From Parasitella parasitica NRRL 2501 (taxonomy: Eukaryota; Fungi; Mucoromycota): DNA of 64,000 nucleotides. The notes beneath the pieces are model-generated. The model was not told the DNA's origin and did no database searches. It saw nothing but the letters and a program-made list of their open reading frames with translations. The stretch lies in contig MU619244.1 in assembly GCA_025201805.1 (NCBI GenBank), positions 46,821 to 110,820 on the forward strand, read 5' to 3'. This document shows positions 1-13,277 of this stretch, piece by piece. The position numbers were made by a program, and so were the translations under genes. Numbering within the stretch: position 1 is the stretch's first letter; every line of letters begins with the position of its first letter.

Positions 1-568
1 TTAACAACAAGTTGGCTAGTGCCAAGTGCCTATCTTTATCAAATTTGAATCGCATGACAGATGGGTGTTCAACTGTTGGTAACCATGACAACGCCCTGTC
101 AAACTTTTCTTTCATAAATAAGCTAGAATATAGCGTACAACAACAAAATTTAGATTTACCTTATCACCCTCAAAAGCGCCTTTAATGTTAAAACAAAGTA
201 AGTCTGGTTTATCCATCGCGTATGTTATTTAAAAGTAAAACTGGAAGAAACGCTGAGATATCCGGTAGCTGCACTTCAATGATGAGTTGCTTAGGTAATA
301 TTTCTAAATATTTACGATATCTTAACTGGAAACACATTCAATATCATATACAGTAGTATCTGTATGAGATTCACGACCATATTTCTCCTGCTAGAAATAC
401 ATAACAACCTACATAGCAGGTCCTTTTTTTTTGTTTATTTGCAAAAAAGAAGATCGAAGTTTCATTGAGTGAGTTGGCTGCAATGATTCAATTTGTTTCT
501 ATACAGACCAGAGGCCTATACAAGGTATATACACTAAACGACGCTACAATACACTACACTACACCGCA

Positions 569-892
569 CTACATCACCACACATTTTTCACTGTAGTCAA
601 TGAATAATTCGTCGGCTTTTCTTGGGTTGAGAAAATCTGGTTCATTTATGTAAACCTTCTCCTTGTCAGATTTGAATACAGCAGACGTGAATCCCGCAAC
701 GTCTTCAACAGTATCAAAGACCATATTGATAGCAGCTATTGTTGTAAATTTAGTAAATAGTGTTGACACTACGGCTTTATTGTAAAACTTACTTTGCTTC
801 ATATTATGTTGAGCAGCAACAGGCTTTGGTGCCGGATGCTTTAAATCAAGAGCGTCGTTGTATATATGTTCTTTTTCTTGGTAAGGATACAT
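569..892 (-). CDS. Small intronless 107-aa protein ending in a CaaX prenylation motif (CVVM); function unknown, possible lipopeptide precursor
   Basis: Complete ORF from ATG to ...gaa aaa tgt gtg gtg atg tag, divergent from the gene at 1247. C-terminus is NPRKADELFIDYSEKCVVM. Confidence 0.65.
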   Translation of the reverse strand: MYPYQEKEHIYNDALDLKHPAPKPVAAQHNMKQSKFYNKAVVSTLFTKFTTIAAINMVFDTVEDVAGFTSAVFKSDKEKVYINEPDFLNPRKADELFIDYSEKCVVM

Positions 893-1246
893 GGTGATTT
901 AGTAGATTATTAAAGTAAAGAGAAAGACAGGTTGGATTTCGTGAGACATTTTTATACATTTTTTCGTGGATTCGCTGTTCATTGTCCAAATGCTGTTTTC
1001 CAAATTTAGTAAAAAAGTTCACCCTGAATGATACATCTTTCTAAATTGTATCATGAAAAACAAAAACATTCAAAAAAGGCTTTTTCGATGAAAGTAATAT
1101 ACGTGAAAAATTCCCGGGATGACAGTATAATAATTTACATCTGAACTATATAAAAGGTACATTAAGCAATAGAGAAACATATCTAGCGATTAAATTCACG
1201 CTTTCTTTTGTTCTCTTTCGAATAAAAATCCCCTCTTAACAGATAT

Positions 1247-2839
1247 ATGAGTGCAGTAGGGCAGAAACCAATAAACTCTAAGAGGAGATCTTTAAAAAGA
1301 GACCCAATGTCATTTTCCATGCGGCAGAAAAAGAAGGAGCGTTCGGAAGTTCGAAAAAATGCATCCAGCAAGGACTCATCACCACCACTATCAACAAATG
1401 AGGACCACCCAAGCCCTATTCACATGGAAGAAGCTGCAGAAATTGAAAATTTATCCCCCGTTATGGAAGAAACAACCTTGCAGCATTCATCTACTGTCCA
1501 ACAAACAGATATCATACCACCTATCACCAGCAAAACAAGAGACATCATGTCAAATTTAAGTAAAAGATTCGACCCTGCTGAGATTTTCCCCTATAGCAAC
1601 AAACCGCATGAAACTAGACAGAAAACAATAGCAGAGGAAAGCAAGCAATGGGAATCCTTGTTTGATCCACAGCACACATTTGGATCATTTCAAGCGAGCA
1701 TTGCAAAGCCTATATCTTCTCAACAGTACTATTACAAGGGAAAATGGCCTTTGGATCAAGAAGATATTTTAGGCATGATACCCAAACCTAAAAAACCAAC
1801 AACACAACAGCCTAATAATAGTAGCACAGCAACGACCCCTAATCTTTCCATTGTAGAAAGAGAACTCGCAACAACAACATTTGCATTCCCCACTGTTCCC
1901 AGTCCCACATTGCCAGATATAAAACAGCTCGAGTTGCACATCAATCCCATTCTGCAAGACAATGAAAGCGAATACTTGTTTCCAAGAAGTGGCTCACAGA
2001 TTGAAATTTTACCCTGTCCATCATTGACACAATTCCCTAAATACAAACAGTCAGAGAATGAAGCTTTGTGGAAAGATAGATTAAAATTACTAAATAAGAT
2101 CCAACATTGTGGTTTCCGTGAGGAGTTAAATGGGACACAAAACAGTAAACGCATAGAGTCTGCGGCTAGTCGATTGCATCGACAGTTGAAGCGTAAAGCA
2201 GAACAAATAAAGCGTGAAACTTTAGTCGATTCTAGCACAGAAGAAGAGGAGGAAGATGATGAAAAAGGTGAAGATGCTTATAATGTTATGGATGGAGCCG
2301 AAGACGGGGCACTGCTTGTTGCAATGGAGCCAGATACGTTAGTCATGGAATCTACGGAGAAACAAGAACATGACACTGTTAGTAGTCTACACACACATCA
2401 ATATGAATCAAGCCTAGTGAGCCTCAACGATGAGTGGGAGAACATCTCGTTTAAACCACCCTGTTCCATCAAAGATGTCGACGCGGAAAAACAAGAGCAG
2501 ACTCCAGATGTTGAAATCAAGAGACGAAATCGTCCCACCTTTCTGCTTTTTGCTTATGGATTCTTGTTTCCTCCATTATGGATAATTGGCGCACTATACA
2601 ATCCAAGTGGCACCATTCAAAGAACAACTACCAGTAAAAAGATAGATCGAAAGTGGAGGGATTATTCCCGAAATGCATTTTTTGTATTTACTATCATTGT
2701 ATCTGTTGTAATTGTTCTAATTTTAGTGCTTAAGCCTCAGGCTGTGGGGTTTAGAAGTAGCAGTGAACAGATTTATCAGGAAGAGAGGATTATTTTTGAG
2801 GAAACTGATACTACTGCTGCTGGACAGCAGTTGCTTTAG
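1247..2839 (+). CDS. Hypothetical 530-aa protein, mostly disordered, with two C-terminal hydrophobic segments
   Basis: Long uninterrupted ORF; TM-like FLLFAYGFLFPPLWIIGALY and AFFVFTIIVSVVIVLILVL; TATA-like tataaaa near 1149. Confidence 0.8.
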   Translation: MSAVGQKPINSKRRSLKRDPMSFSMRQKKKERSEVRKNASSKDSSPPLSTNEDHPSPIHMEEAAEIENLSPVMEETTLQHSSTVQQTDIIPPITSKTRDIMSNLSKRFDPAEIFPYSNKPHETRQKTIAEESKQWESLFDPQHTFGSFQASIAKPISSQQYYYKGKWPLDQEDILGMIPKPKKPTTQQPNNSSTATTPNLSIVERELATTTFAFPTVPSPTLPDIKQLELHINPILQDNESEYLFPRSGSQIEILPCPSLTQFPKYKQSENEALWKDRLKLLNKIQHCGFREELNGTQNSKRIESAASRLHRQLKRKAEQIKRETLVDSSTEEEEEDDEKGEDAYNVMDGAEDGALLVAMEPDTLVMESTEKQEHDTVSSLHTHQYESSLVSLNDEWENISFKPPCSIKDVDAEKQEQTPDVEIKRRNRPTFLLFAYGFLFPPLWIIGALYNPSGTIQRTTTSKKIDRKWRDYSRNAFFVFTIIVSVVIVLILVLKPQAVGFRSSSEQIYQEERIIFEETDTTAAGQQLL

Positions 2840-3602
2840 TAGTGTGTCTTGATTAGTAAAATAAACAAGAAAAGCTGTATTTATCGACAATTTTAGCAGG
2901 CCAAATAAGCTAACTGGTTGATTAGCTTTCTGGTTAATTGGCTTTCGTGTGATGAAGATTATATGCGTACATTTCTAGCTGTGTAAGTTACTACAGGCAA
3001 GCTCTCTTCTTTTTTATACCTTAGCAAAAACTTATTATCCAGTCATCTAGAAACTATTTACTATATTTTACGGCAACATTTGATCCGTGAATAGTACATA
3101 CATGGCTACATTTTCTTCTAATTAAATTGATACCTTTTTCTTGATTCTACTAGTAAGCTTACAATCAAAAACCTCAAGGTTTCTGCTTGCGCAGCGTATT
3201 ATAGCTACTTTAGCTGGGAGTAACCATTATTGACATCTCCAACATGTAAAAAAAAAACAAACATGAAAGATTTTGTCATGGAAGCTCTTTACTTTTACTA
3301 GACGTGATTGTTACAAACTCAACGTACATAAATTCCAAGAAAGCATGGCAGTAAATAAACATGCCAGAGTTGTTGCGTAGATATGCTCTCAAACCCCCCT
3401 CCCCCCATCCCCAACATTAAATAATCAAGATTTTAGTGTACGTTATCGTAAAAACCATATGCACTCTGTACAGATATACGGTACGCAAACAAAGTAATGT
3501 ACAATTTAATTTTTGAAGGGTTACGTACATACATGCATACATAATGTGTAAAATACAATTTATTGATAAAAAATCATCTATACAAAATATATGAAATGAA
3601 AT

Positions 3603-5518
3603 CTAATGAGAAAATTGGCCAAAAAAGCGAGGATTGCTGCTATCAGAGCTGAACCTGGCAATATCACAACCCGTTACAACTTCATGTTTCTCATAAACAG
3701 GACATTTGGTTGTAATGCAACCCAAAATACTATTGGCAACGGATTTTCCTTCTAGCCATCCGCCGTGCAAAAACCCGTAGTAGTCAGCCGACGTAGCCTC
3801 GCCTGCAAACCATAAATTACCCAAAGGAGCTCGCATGTTCAGATGATGTTTTTTTGAGGCACCAATAGGCCAATTTGAGTAACTCCCTCTAAATAAAGGG
3901 TGCTGATGCCACCGTGGGATCAAAATGTCGATGGGTGGTTCGATAGCTGCAGAAGGAAACATTTTTTGTAACACACGCATAATCTCATTCCCTACTTGAT
4001 TTTTTGTCATACGCTCAATTCTCTGTGATTCTGTATCTGTAGTTGTCACCATGAGGATGTTGTCTCCGGAAGACGCGGGTTTGAATAGATAACCTGGTGC
4101 GTTTAGGTTTTGCCATACTGTATAGTAACCGCCATGCTGTGTCACGTTATTAGCATACAAGGCAAACTTACGTATATGTTTATATTGATTTTTTAGTGAC
4201 GCTAGATTGGCGATTTACATGTTATTATTTATAATACCTGCCAATCGCCCCAAAATCTTTCTTTGAACAACAGGAAAATCTTTGTATATGTAGTCATATG
4301 AAAGCTTAATAGAGACTCTCTTTTCCACTCTGGAAAAGTAGGGCTGAATTGCACCGAATCGCTTTGCAATACTCCCAGTCTACAGGAACCATATATTTTG
4401 TTATTATAGTCATCAAAACAAATAAGCAAACATAATGAATTTACTTACGAAAACGTGCAGATTGCATATTCAGCTTCAATGACATGTCCATTTGAAGTGA
4501 TTACTGTCACATTGTGATCATTGTAGATGACTTTTGTAATTAATGTGTCGAGCATGAGGCGGGCATCATTCAAATGAAGGAATGTTTGGAGCTCTTGGAC
4601 AAGGATATGGTTGAATCCTCTTTGTTTTGTTTTTTGTGAGTGGTCAGTTGCAGTGAATAGTAGAAGGGAAAAAAAAAAAAGAGCCGTGTACCTTTCATCA
4701 ACTACAAATTCGTTTCCAAATGGATAAGTTCCTGTAATTGAATCGACAGTTCCCGTTGCATAGTCAAGTGAACACATTTCAGCAGGCTCAGAAAACTCCC
4801 AATCAATATTAAAATACTCTACGGCAGCTTTGAGAGGCGTATTTGGTTTCCAACCTAATAGACTGAGTGCAGATCGACTTGATAGATCGACCTGTTGACG
4901 TTTCATTCGCTTTTCTATCATTGATTAACAAGATTATTAGCTAATACCAAGTGTTTGTGTTGCATAATGATATACCTGCATAATCTACAAGTTTCACCTT
5001 GACGGATTCAAATTGATGACTAGTGTAGATGCCTTTTTCCTGATCCTCCATTAGACCAAAGTCATCAAAATAAGCAACGTTATCTTTATCATTGGGTGTC
5101 GTTTTTAGTCCATGCTGGGTGGCCATTCTATAGATTGGATTGTCTCCTTTGCCATAAATCTATCATTTAAACTAGTGTTTATATGGCAGTTGATCTGACA
5201 GTGCGAGCTTCAATATTCCTTTACCCAATTAGCACCCAATTCAACATGACTATTGCCAAATGCTTGATGCTGTACTCTGCCTGTGCATTAAACAATCAAT
5301 CGAACCCTTCATATAAACATGAAAGCTCATATTGTAATACCTCCGATAAAGGATTGCGCATCGACAATAACATAGTCTTGCATGTTTGCCTCATTCAATG
5401 ATTTTGCAGCTGAAATGCCAGCTGCACCTGCACCTAGAATGACAACCTTGGTCTTGATCTGTTTTGATTCAACTGAAATCAATGCTGTCAATAGCAATAG
5501 CAGTAGAATTAGTTTCAT
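3603..5518 (-). CDS. Secreted flavin-dependent polyamine oxidase (Amino_oxidase family), multi-exon
   Basis: Signal peptide MKLILLLLLLTALISVES; FAD motif VVILGAGAAGISAA; also YTKIFLLF, RGSYSNWP and LWFAGEAT...YGFLHGGWLEG. Exons are separated by GT-AG introns. Confidence 0.9.
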
Positions 5519-5969
5519 TATCCAAGGAACTGAAAAATATAATTGCAAAATAAAAAAGGCTACAACACTCAATAGAAACCCATCTTTAAATGGCTTTTTC
5601 ATGCTACACAACACTTCATGTGATTGAATTTCATATAACAAAAGAGTTTATTTTACTGCCAGTATAAATGTTAATTTCCTTTAAGAAAAAAGAGGGGGGA
5701 GAGAAAGAAAGAAAAAGGTATGATTATGTCATATGTATATATGTATAAGGCGAAGGGGACTACCTTGAGAAAGAGAATAGACATGTATAGGAATGCTAAT
5801 TTTCATGAAAAAAAGAAATGCATAAAGATGATGAGACTAATAATAATAATAAAAATAGAAAAAAGACAAATAAATAAATTACTAAGGAAAAACTAATCAT
5901 GAGATGCTTATAAGTGTAATTGTTTTTGTTGGACTTTTTTGTTTTTTGTTGGTGTTGTTATGTAGGATT

Positions 5970-6534
5970 TTAGGCGCCAAAAACGATGTTCATATTATCA
6001 GGTGATGTAAAAGGAGAGTATTGCTGATCAACATAGGGTGCATAAATAGATTGATAATTATCTGTGTTATCGTTCATAGGAGGGTTTGGGAACATCGAGT
6101 CCATATTTACATCAAACTGCGTCTGTTGTTCGTGGTAATTCTGGTACGAGTCATTCAGGCTTGTCATTTGCAACAAGTGATGCTCGTCCTGCAGCTGCAG
6201 CTGCTGCTGCTGCTGTTGTTGTTGTTGTTGTTGCTGTTGTTGCAACGGCATCGGTTTAAATGGTGATAGTAACGTCATTGGTATATTGAGAGCGGAGGTA
6301 GACGCATTAGGCTCCAACTTGATGCCTTGGTTGAAAGGATCGGTTGAGCCATTATTGTTGTATTGAAGCGTTGAACAGGGCGAAGAGGCCGAGGATGAAC
6401 TAAAGTCGTCTTCAAAAGAAGAGCCCTTTCCCATAGCTGAAGCTGCTGTTGTACCACTGCTCCAGTTTGATTCCTCCTTGGTAAATGTATTCTGAGATGG
6501 TTCAGGATAGTACGAAGAGTTGAACATGTGTTGC

Positions 6535-6572
<38 letters not shown>

Positions 6573-9056
6573 TTGCTGTTGCTGTTGCTGTCTTTCATCT
6601 AACATGATGCTAGAGGATTCAGTCGTAGTCAGTGAGGTGTTGCTTCGACTGGAGCTAAGAGATGTAGTAGGCTGAAGAGCGGCAGTAGTAGCGTTTGTCG
6701 CAGTCTGGACATCAGGCATATCAAAATCAAGATCGAGCATTGGGCTCAGTGTGCTGCAGCGGCTACTATGATGACTACTATTGTTACTGGCACTACCATT
6801 AGCAGAGATGTTTGTAGACCAGCCAGAAGAACGAGAACCATCAAAGGAATAGCGAGTATCGTTATGTTGTTGGTTATGACCGAGCACTTGTTGGTGGTGC
6901 TGGTTCTGTTGCTGTCTGCCATAGTTGTTGAACATAAAGTTGCGCTGGTAGTCATCAGGGGATGAAGAGTCATCATCGTTGTTGTTGTTGTCACCACCAC
7001 TCAAGGAAGAGATATGGTCGTATTGCTGGATTTCATGCTCAAGACGATGATGCTGGGCGAGATAATCAGCCCCAGGGAATTGTTTTCCACAGACTGTGCA
7101 AAGAAACGTGTGTAACGATTGCATATGGCGCTCAAGGTGTTCAGGTCTCTTGAACAAATGTCTGCAGTCAGACACGGGGCAGTAGAAGTCTTGCTGTTGC
7201 TGATGGGCAACGGAGACACCAGCTTGACGCCAACTTTGGGAGCGGTTTGTTATGAGCATAGGCGGAGGAGTCGAAATGATTTGGTTAGCGGCGAATCCAG
7301 CCTTGGCAGCTGCCATAGCCAACCTGCTACTATTGCTATTTACCATTTTGGAAGAGCCAGCCAAGTTGTTGTTGTTGGCAGGAGTAGGAAGATGGCATTT
7401 GTCATGACGACGACCAACACGATCAGGGCCACCTGCATGGCCATATAAGAGGTGTTGCGGATTCAGGTTCGATGTCGAGACTGATGCAGCACGACGTCTG
7501 CGCTGCTTGTACGTTGGAGAGCCCTCAAAGATGTTCAAGTTGCCAAAAATGGTCTTGGTCTTTTTCATAGCATTTGAATCAAGTGATTTTGATGGCAGCA
7601 CCATATTGTTGTTGTGCTGCAAAATGCTGCTGCTCGTGCTAGTGCTATGACTCGTGTTGGACAAAGAGGGCGTGATTTCCAATTGATTAACACCGTTGGA
7701 AATGGGGTCCATCATGTAGTCATGTTGCGACTGCATATGGTGATACTTGATCAATGGGGACGATAAGTTGGATGATTTCAACGACATGTCTACAGTGGGA
7801 ATTGTTGCGGCACTATTGCTCGAGTCATCGCGAAACAAGAAATCGTCGGCGGTCGCAGTTGTGGTGGGCGATGATAGCATGGACGAACAATTGCTTGAAA
7901 TACGACGACTGCTGCCGTGAGGGCGACGAGTTGGTGTAATGTTGGTAGAGATCGAATTGCTATGGAAATAGGAGCCATGGCTTAAGCGATGAGACTTTTG
8001 CTGTTGCTGGAACAACAGTAATTGCTGCTTCTGGCCAATGTTTGCAGGAACAGAGTTGACACGCGATCTTTTAGTCTGAGAAGCAGCACGTTCGAGTCTT
8101 GATTGAGAGACGGACCATGTTGTATGGCCCACAGCTGAATTGGGTGTGGGCGAAGTCGGCCATGGCTGGTCAGCTTCCAAGAAATTAGAGTGATCGGTGA
8201 CTAATTTGCAAGGAGGATTAGTCATGAGTGGCAATTAATAGTTACGAGTTACAATCTTACTCTGATGGATCGAATTCAGAGACAGGCTGCTGTTTGGTAC
8301 AGGCGCATTTGGAGTTGAATTGGAAGCAGATACAATTTCCTCTTCAATGGCGTGAGCAGTAGCAGCGGCAGATTGGGAGATACTTTTTCTCAGCTGATCG
8401 AACAACTCCTGCGTAGAATCAAGAGATAATGACGATGCAGGTTCAGCGACGGCTTGGGTTGTTGGTTCCATACCCATTTTTTCACGCTTGAGATCACGTT
8501 CAAGAGCATCGAGGAAGAGGCGATCATGAGGCACAGAAAACCAAAAGAAGACCTTTTGCTTTTTTTGTGTGCGGATGCAGTTGTTCTTATACAACATATC
8601 CAACAAGTCAGACTTGGGTTCTTCAAGTCTAGCATCATGTCCAGGTTTCAAGTTGCGCAAATCAGAAAATATGCCTTCTTCGAATTTCTTAGCATTTGTA
8701 ACTGGTCTACCAAACGCATGGAAGCGAAATGTTAACGAGCGTACAATGTCTGTACCTGTAATAAAGAACAAACTGTCCCATAATACACAAGATATACTTT
8801 CTCCACCGCTGCTTCCTCCACCTTCTCCTGAAGGTAAAGTGAATCGCTTCAAAGCCTTATTCGGCTCCCATTGCTGAGTTGCTGTATGAAGAAAATATTT
8901 CATCTTGTCAATTTGATCTAATCGAGCAACTGTGTTACTGTCAGTTGGTAGCGGCATGCCATAAGTTGTTGATGAAGACGCGACAGATGAATTGTGCTTC
9001 TCTTCCATATGTTTTTTGGTGTAAGTATGAGTTTTAGTCATACTAGATTGTTGCAT
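5970..9056 (-). CDS. STE12: Ste12-like transcription factor (N-terminal STE domain plus two C2H2 fingers); one 60-nt intron at 8201-8260
   Basis: STE-domain motifs ISCVLWDSLFFITGTDIVR, KKFEEGIFSDLRNLKPG and CIRTQKKQKVFFWFSVPHDRLFLDALERDLKRE; NIFEGSPTYKQRRRR; C2H2 CPVSDC...H and CTVC...H. The gtaag...ttag intron removes the in-frame TAA and joins the two track ORFs. Confidence 0.93.
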
Positions 9057-10683
9057 TGATTTTTTTTTCTTTTTTTTTTTGTGGGAGGTTTTTTATAGGT
9101 TATATAATAAGAAAGGAGTAAAAGATGTCGAGCTTTTTTCTTTGTAATAGAGATATATCTTTACAGTATAATAATATAATACAGATAAATATAATATATG
9201 AGATATGAAAAAAAAAAAGGCCGAATTGATAATTAATACACAAGATTTGAGAAATGAAAGAGAAAGAAAAAGAAAAAGAAAGACGAAGGTATAAATCAAA
9301 GAAGAAGAAGAAAAAAAAAAAAAAGAGAAAAAGAAGGGGGGGGTAAGTTATTGATGGGATTGAAGGCAAATGTACAAAGAAAGAAATTTATGTATACGGG
9401 GTTGGCGAAATGCTGTTATGTTGCTGATTGATGTACCTTTATTTTTGGCAATATGCTGATTCCAATGGCTTCTTTTTTCCTTTTTTTTTTTTTTTTTCAA
9501 ATTATATATGTATATATTATCATCACCTCAACAACAACAAAAAACAAGGTTAGAAGGAAAAAAAATAATTACATGCACCTTTAAAATAAACAAATCTGCT
9601 AGTACACGCATTGATTTAAAATATCATCAACGATGATTGTAACCAATCAGTGTATAATTAAGGAGTAACAACAACATTCAAATTAGTTGATATTCACTTT
9701 AAGCGTAAATTACAATATCTCTCTCTCTTTTTCCCTGTTTCTCCTTACAATGTGGCAATAAATATATATTTATACACGACCGGCATTCTAAAATGGTGGT
9801 TTGTGTATTATGCATTCAACCATATACTTACTTTTGTATCACGTGGACCTAGTATCCTTGTATAATGATGTATTGTACATACTTTTATCATTCAACATTT
9901 CTTAGCTTTATTTTTTTCCCTCTCAATCAAATATAGAACGCCCTGCATCTGTATGTATGATGCATCTTAAGAAGAAAAAATCTTGCTTGATGCTGCTTCT
10001 GATGGTGATGTTGTTGTTGTGATGTAAAAAAAAATTGGGGCAATCACCACCACTGTATTAAGGGGACCATAGTACACTCTAATTCTCGACATTCCGGAAG
10101 CGTTTCCGAATTAATTTTCTATTGTTCAATAAACACACGATACAAGATCTTGATCTTTCTGTCTTTTTTTGTCTCCATGGATACCAAAATTCGGCTATTG
10201 AATGTCAAAATCCTCCCTTAAAATTACCATGGCAACAGACATTTTTTATATATTCACTATACTAAACCCGCTTTGAAAATGTAGAATATGCCCATCTCAC
10301 TGAATTAGCAAAAAGATTTGTTGCTATAACACCTAAAAAAAAAACTTTAGAAAAAAAAAAAAGCTTGCAGCGAGAATGAACGATTATCATCTTTAGCCAT
10401 TGACTTGTCCAAAACAAAAGGGTTCTGTGGAAAAAAAAACATGCGGAAAGTTTTCCCCTGAGATTCCTTCTGAGTTAGACCAAAGTTAACCCCTTTATAT
10501 GAATGAATTTTTAGTTCAAGTTGGGTAGATTGCAGCAGAAAACTTGAACCTTTCTCCTTTGAACTCCTCTCGTCAACATCCAATCTCTCCTCTTTTTCCT
10601 TTATTATTTTTGTTTGCCTTTTTTTATTATTATTTTCTTCTCTTTCATCTTCCTTGTCTCTTGATCAATACATATAAACATAC

Positions 10684-13277
10684 ATGGCGGAGATAAAAAA
10701 GGACGGCCATCTCCAGGTTAAAGAAGATGGATTGAGGGCTTGGATTTGGTCCAAACGATATGTAGTTTTACGTGAACAGACAATTACATTTCATCGCAAT
10801 GAAGTATGAAAATACATACCTACAATAATTTACATTCTAATTTTATTTTGCATTAGCAAACGGGCCAATGCGTAGCACTCGTTTTTCTGAAAGAAATCAC
10901 TGCTGTGGCACGTTCGGAATTGAAATCACATTGCTTTGAATTGTGCACCAAAGCAAAGTCTTATTATCTTGCATGTCGCAGTGACGAAGAATTGTATTCG
11001 TGGATGGATGAGATATACAACGTGAGTCCTTGAACTTTATTATGCAATACCCTTGATTTAACTCATCTATTATAAAAGAGATCGCCATTAGGCGCATCAG
11101 GTCCCACAAATTTTGTTCACAAGGTTCATGTGGGGTTTGACCCTATCACCGGAGCATTTACTGTAAGTGTATAATTGAAAAGTGTAACGAGATCAAATGG
11201 GAATTAGGACGTTATGTTTATATTCATACTTGAGATAGGGTTTGCCTGACCAATGGAATGCATTATTGAAAGGATCGAAAATTACGCCTGAAGATGCTGC
11301 CAAGAATCCGCAAGCAGTATTAGAAGCACTTGAATTTTACACTGAACAAAGTCGCCGAGAAAAGAGTGGATACGAAGCCAGTGACAATAATACCACTAGC
11401 ACCAATGACAGCAGCAATGGGCATAGAAAAAACTGGGAAGATGAAAAGAAAATGTCAAATCCAAAAGCTAGTCGATCCACACCTGCACCACGACATATTC
11501 GTGAAGCTCCTGCTAGACCAACGAATAAAGCCACAGCAATGGCGGCCCGGCAAAAAGAGTATGAACTACCTAAAGTTGACATGAACCATATCAAATCAAT
11601 GGATAAAGACGTTCTGGTAATGATGGAGAAGCTGAAGTTACAGCAACAGAGCATGAAGGAGAAGCAAATGTTTGTAGACGAATTAGCCAAGAGCAACAGT
11701 GAGAGCAGATCGTTGAAGTTATCAAAGGAGGTCAGACCTATAATGAACAATACGCCAGCATCGCCCACGCCTACTACATTAAGTGGCTCACTACCCCGTA
11801 AAAACACATCTCGTAGCAGCATGACTAAACGTCATCCAGACACTGGTGGTAGTGCAAGATATGCAGCACCATCTGATCGTAGCACAAAATTTGAGAGAGA
11901 AAAAGAGAGGCTCAAGGAGGCAGCAGCTGCACTGGATCGTGATAAAAATCTAATGAAGCGTACTCGAGACATTGAATCCACCAGAGACAAGTTGACCTTA
12001 CCGCTGGTGCCACCACCCCCCTCCTCAGCAACCTTGCTGTATCCAAATGACCCGAACAACAGATCTTCCATATCACCCAATCCGCAACCGCGGATATCTA
12101 CCCCTGTACCTTCTTCCAATAATAAGAGCACAACATCCACTGATAAAAAATCAACTGATGCAGCAACCAAAAAGCAAGATCAAAGGATAAGCACCATGAG
12201 TGATCATCAAATCATGGAGAGATTGAGATCTGTCGTCACCAGTGGAGATCCCAACTTGATATACAAACGCACCAAGAGAATCGGACAAGGAGCATCGGGA
12301 TCCGTTTACTTGGCAAACCATCTGACAACCAATGCAAAGGTAGCTGTCAAGCAGATGGATTTGTCTAAGCAATCTCGGCTGGATTTGATTGTCAATGAGA
12401 TTATGATTATGAAGGAGTCCCACCACGATAACATTGTCAATTTCTTGGATTCCTTTTTAGTGCGCGGTGACTTATGGGTTGTGATGGAATACATGGAAGG
12501 AGGTGCGTTGACAGACGTAATTGAGCATAACACAATGACGGAGCAGCAAATAGCTACAGTCTGTTACGAGGTATGGAAGTTTGTTTCGTTGTGTGTGCGT
12601 GTTTATACATAATTGACAAATATACATATATGTGTATGTAGACAGCAAAAGGATTAGATCATTTGCATTCTCAAAATATCATACATCGAGATATCAAGTC
12701 TGATAACGTGCTACTCAATTTTGCTGGCCAGGTTAAGATTAGCGATTTTGGATATTGCGCCAAATTAACAGATCAACGAAACAAGAGAGCAACCATGGTT
12801 GGCACGCCGTACTGGGTAAATACATCGCTTTTTTTTTGTGTGCGTGTGTGTCTACAACTTGTTTATTCTAACATGGCATCGAAAGATGGCACCCGAAATT
12901 GTCAAGCAAAAAGAATACGGTGCAAAAGTTGATATTTGGTCATTAGGCATCATGGCAATTGAAATGATAGAGAACGAGCCGCCTTATCTTGACGAAGAGC
13001 CTCTGAAGGCACTATATTTGATCGCCACAAATGGTACTCCATCTCTCAAGAATCCAGACAAACTATCCAAAGAATTAAAGAGCTATCTTGCGGTTTGTTT
13101 ATGTGTGGATGTAAAATCTCGGGCTACAGCTGCTGAATTATTAGATGTAAGCGCCTTTTNNNNNNNNNNTATCGTGAGGTTTTCTAACTCTTTGTGAACA
13201 TATAGCATGATTTCATTAAAAAAGCTGGTCCAATTGATATTCTGTTGCCTTCACTTTTGAAGTTTAAAAAAAAATAA
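10684..13277 (+). CDS. CLA4: PAK-family kinase with PH, CRIB and kinase domains (Cla4/Skm1 type), multi-exon
   Basis: PH exon [26 protein letters not shown]; [19 protein letters not shown]; kinase motifs [47 protein letters not shown]. Confidence 0.9.

Noticed and set aside
569-892. G-protein gamma subunit or Ras fragment
   Set aside because: No GTPase boxes, and the gamma-subunit coiled-coil and DPL/NPW pattern is not convincingly present; not fully excluded without an HMM search.
8232-8237. In-frame TAA between two abutting Ste12 ORFs, suggesting read-through, recoding or a pseudogene
   Set aside because: The stop lies inside a canonical 60-nt GT-AG intron (8201-8260) with a ctaat branch point.
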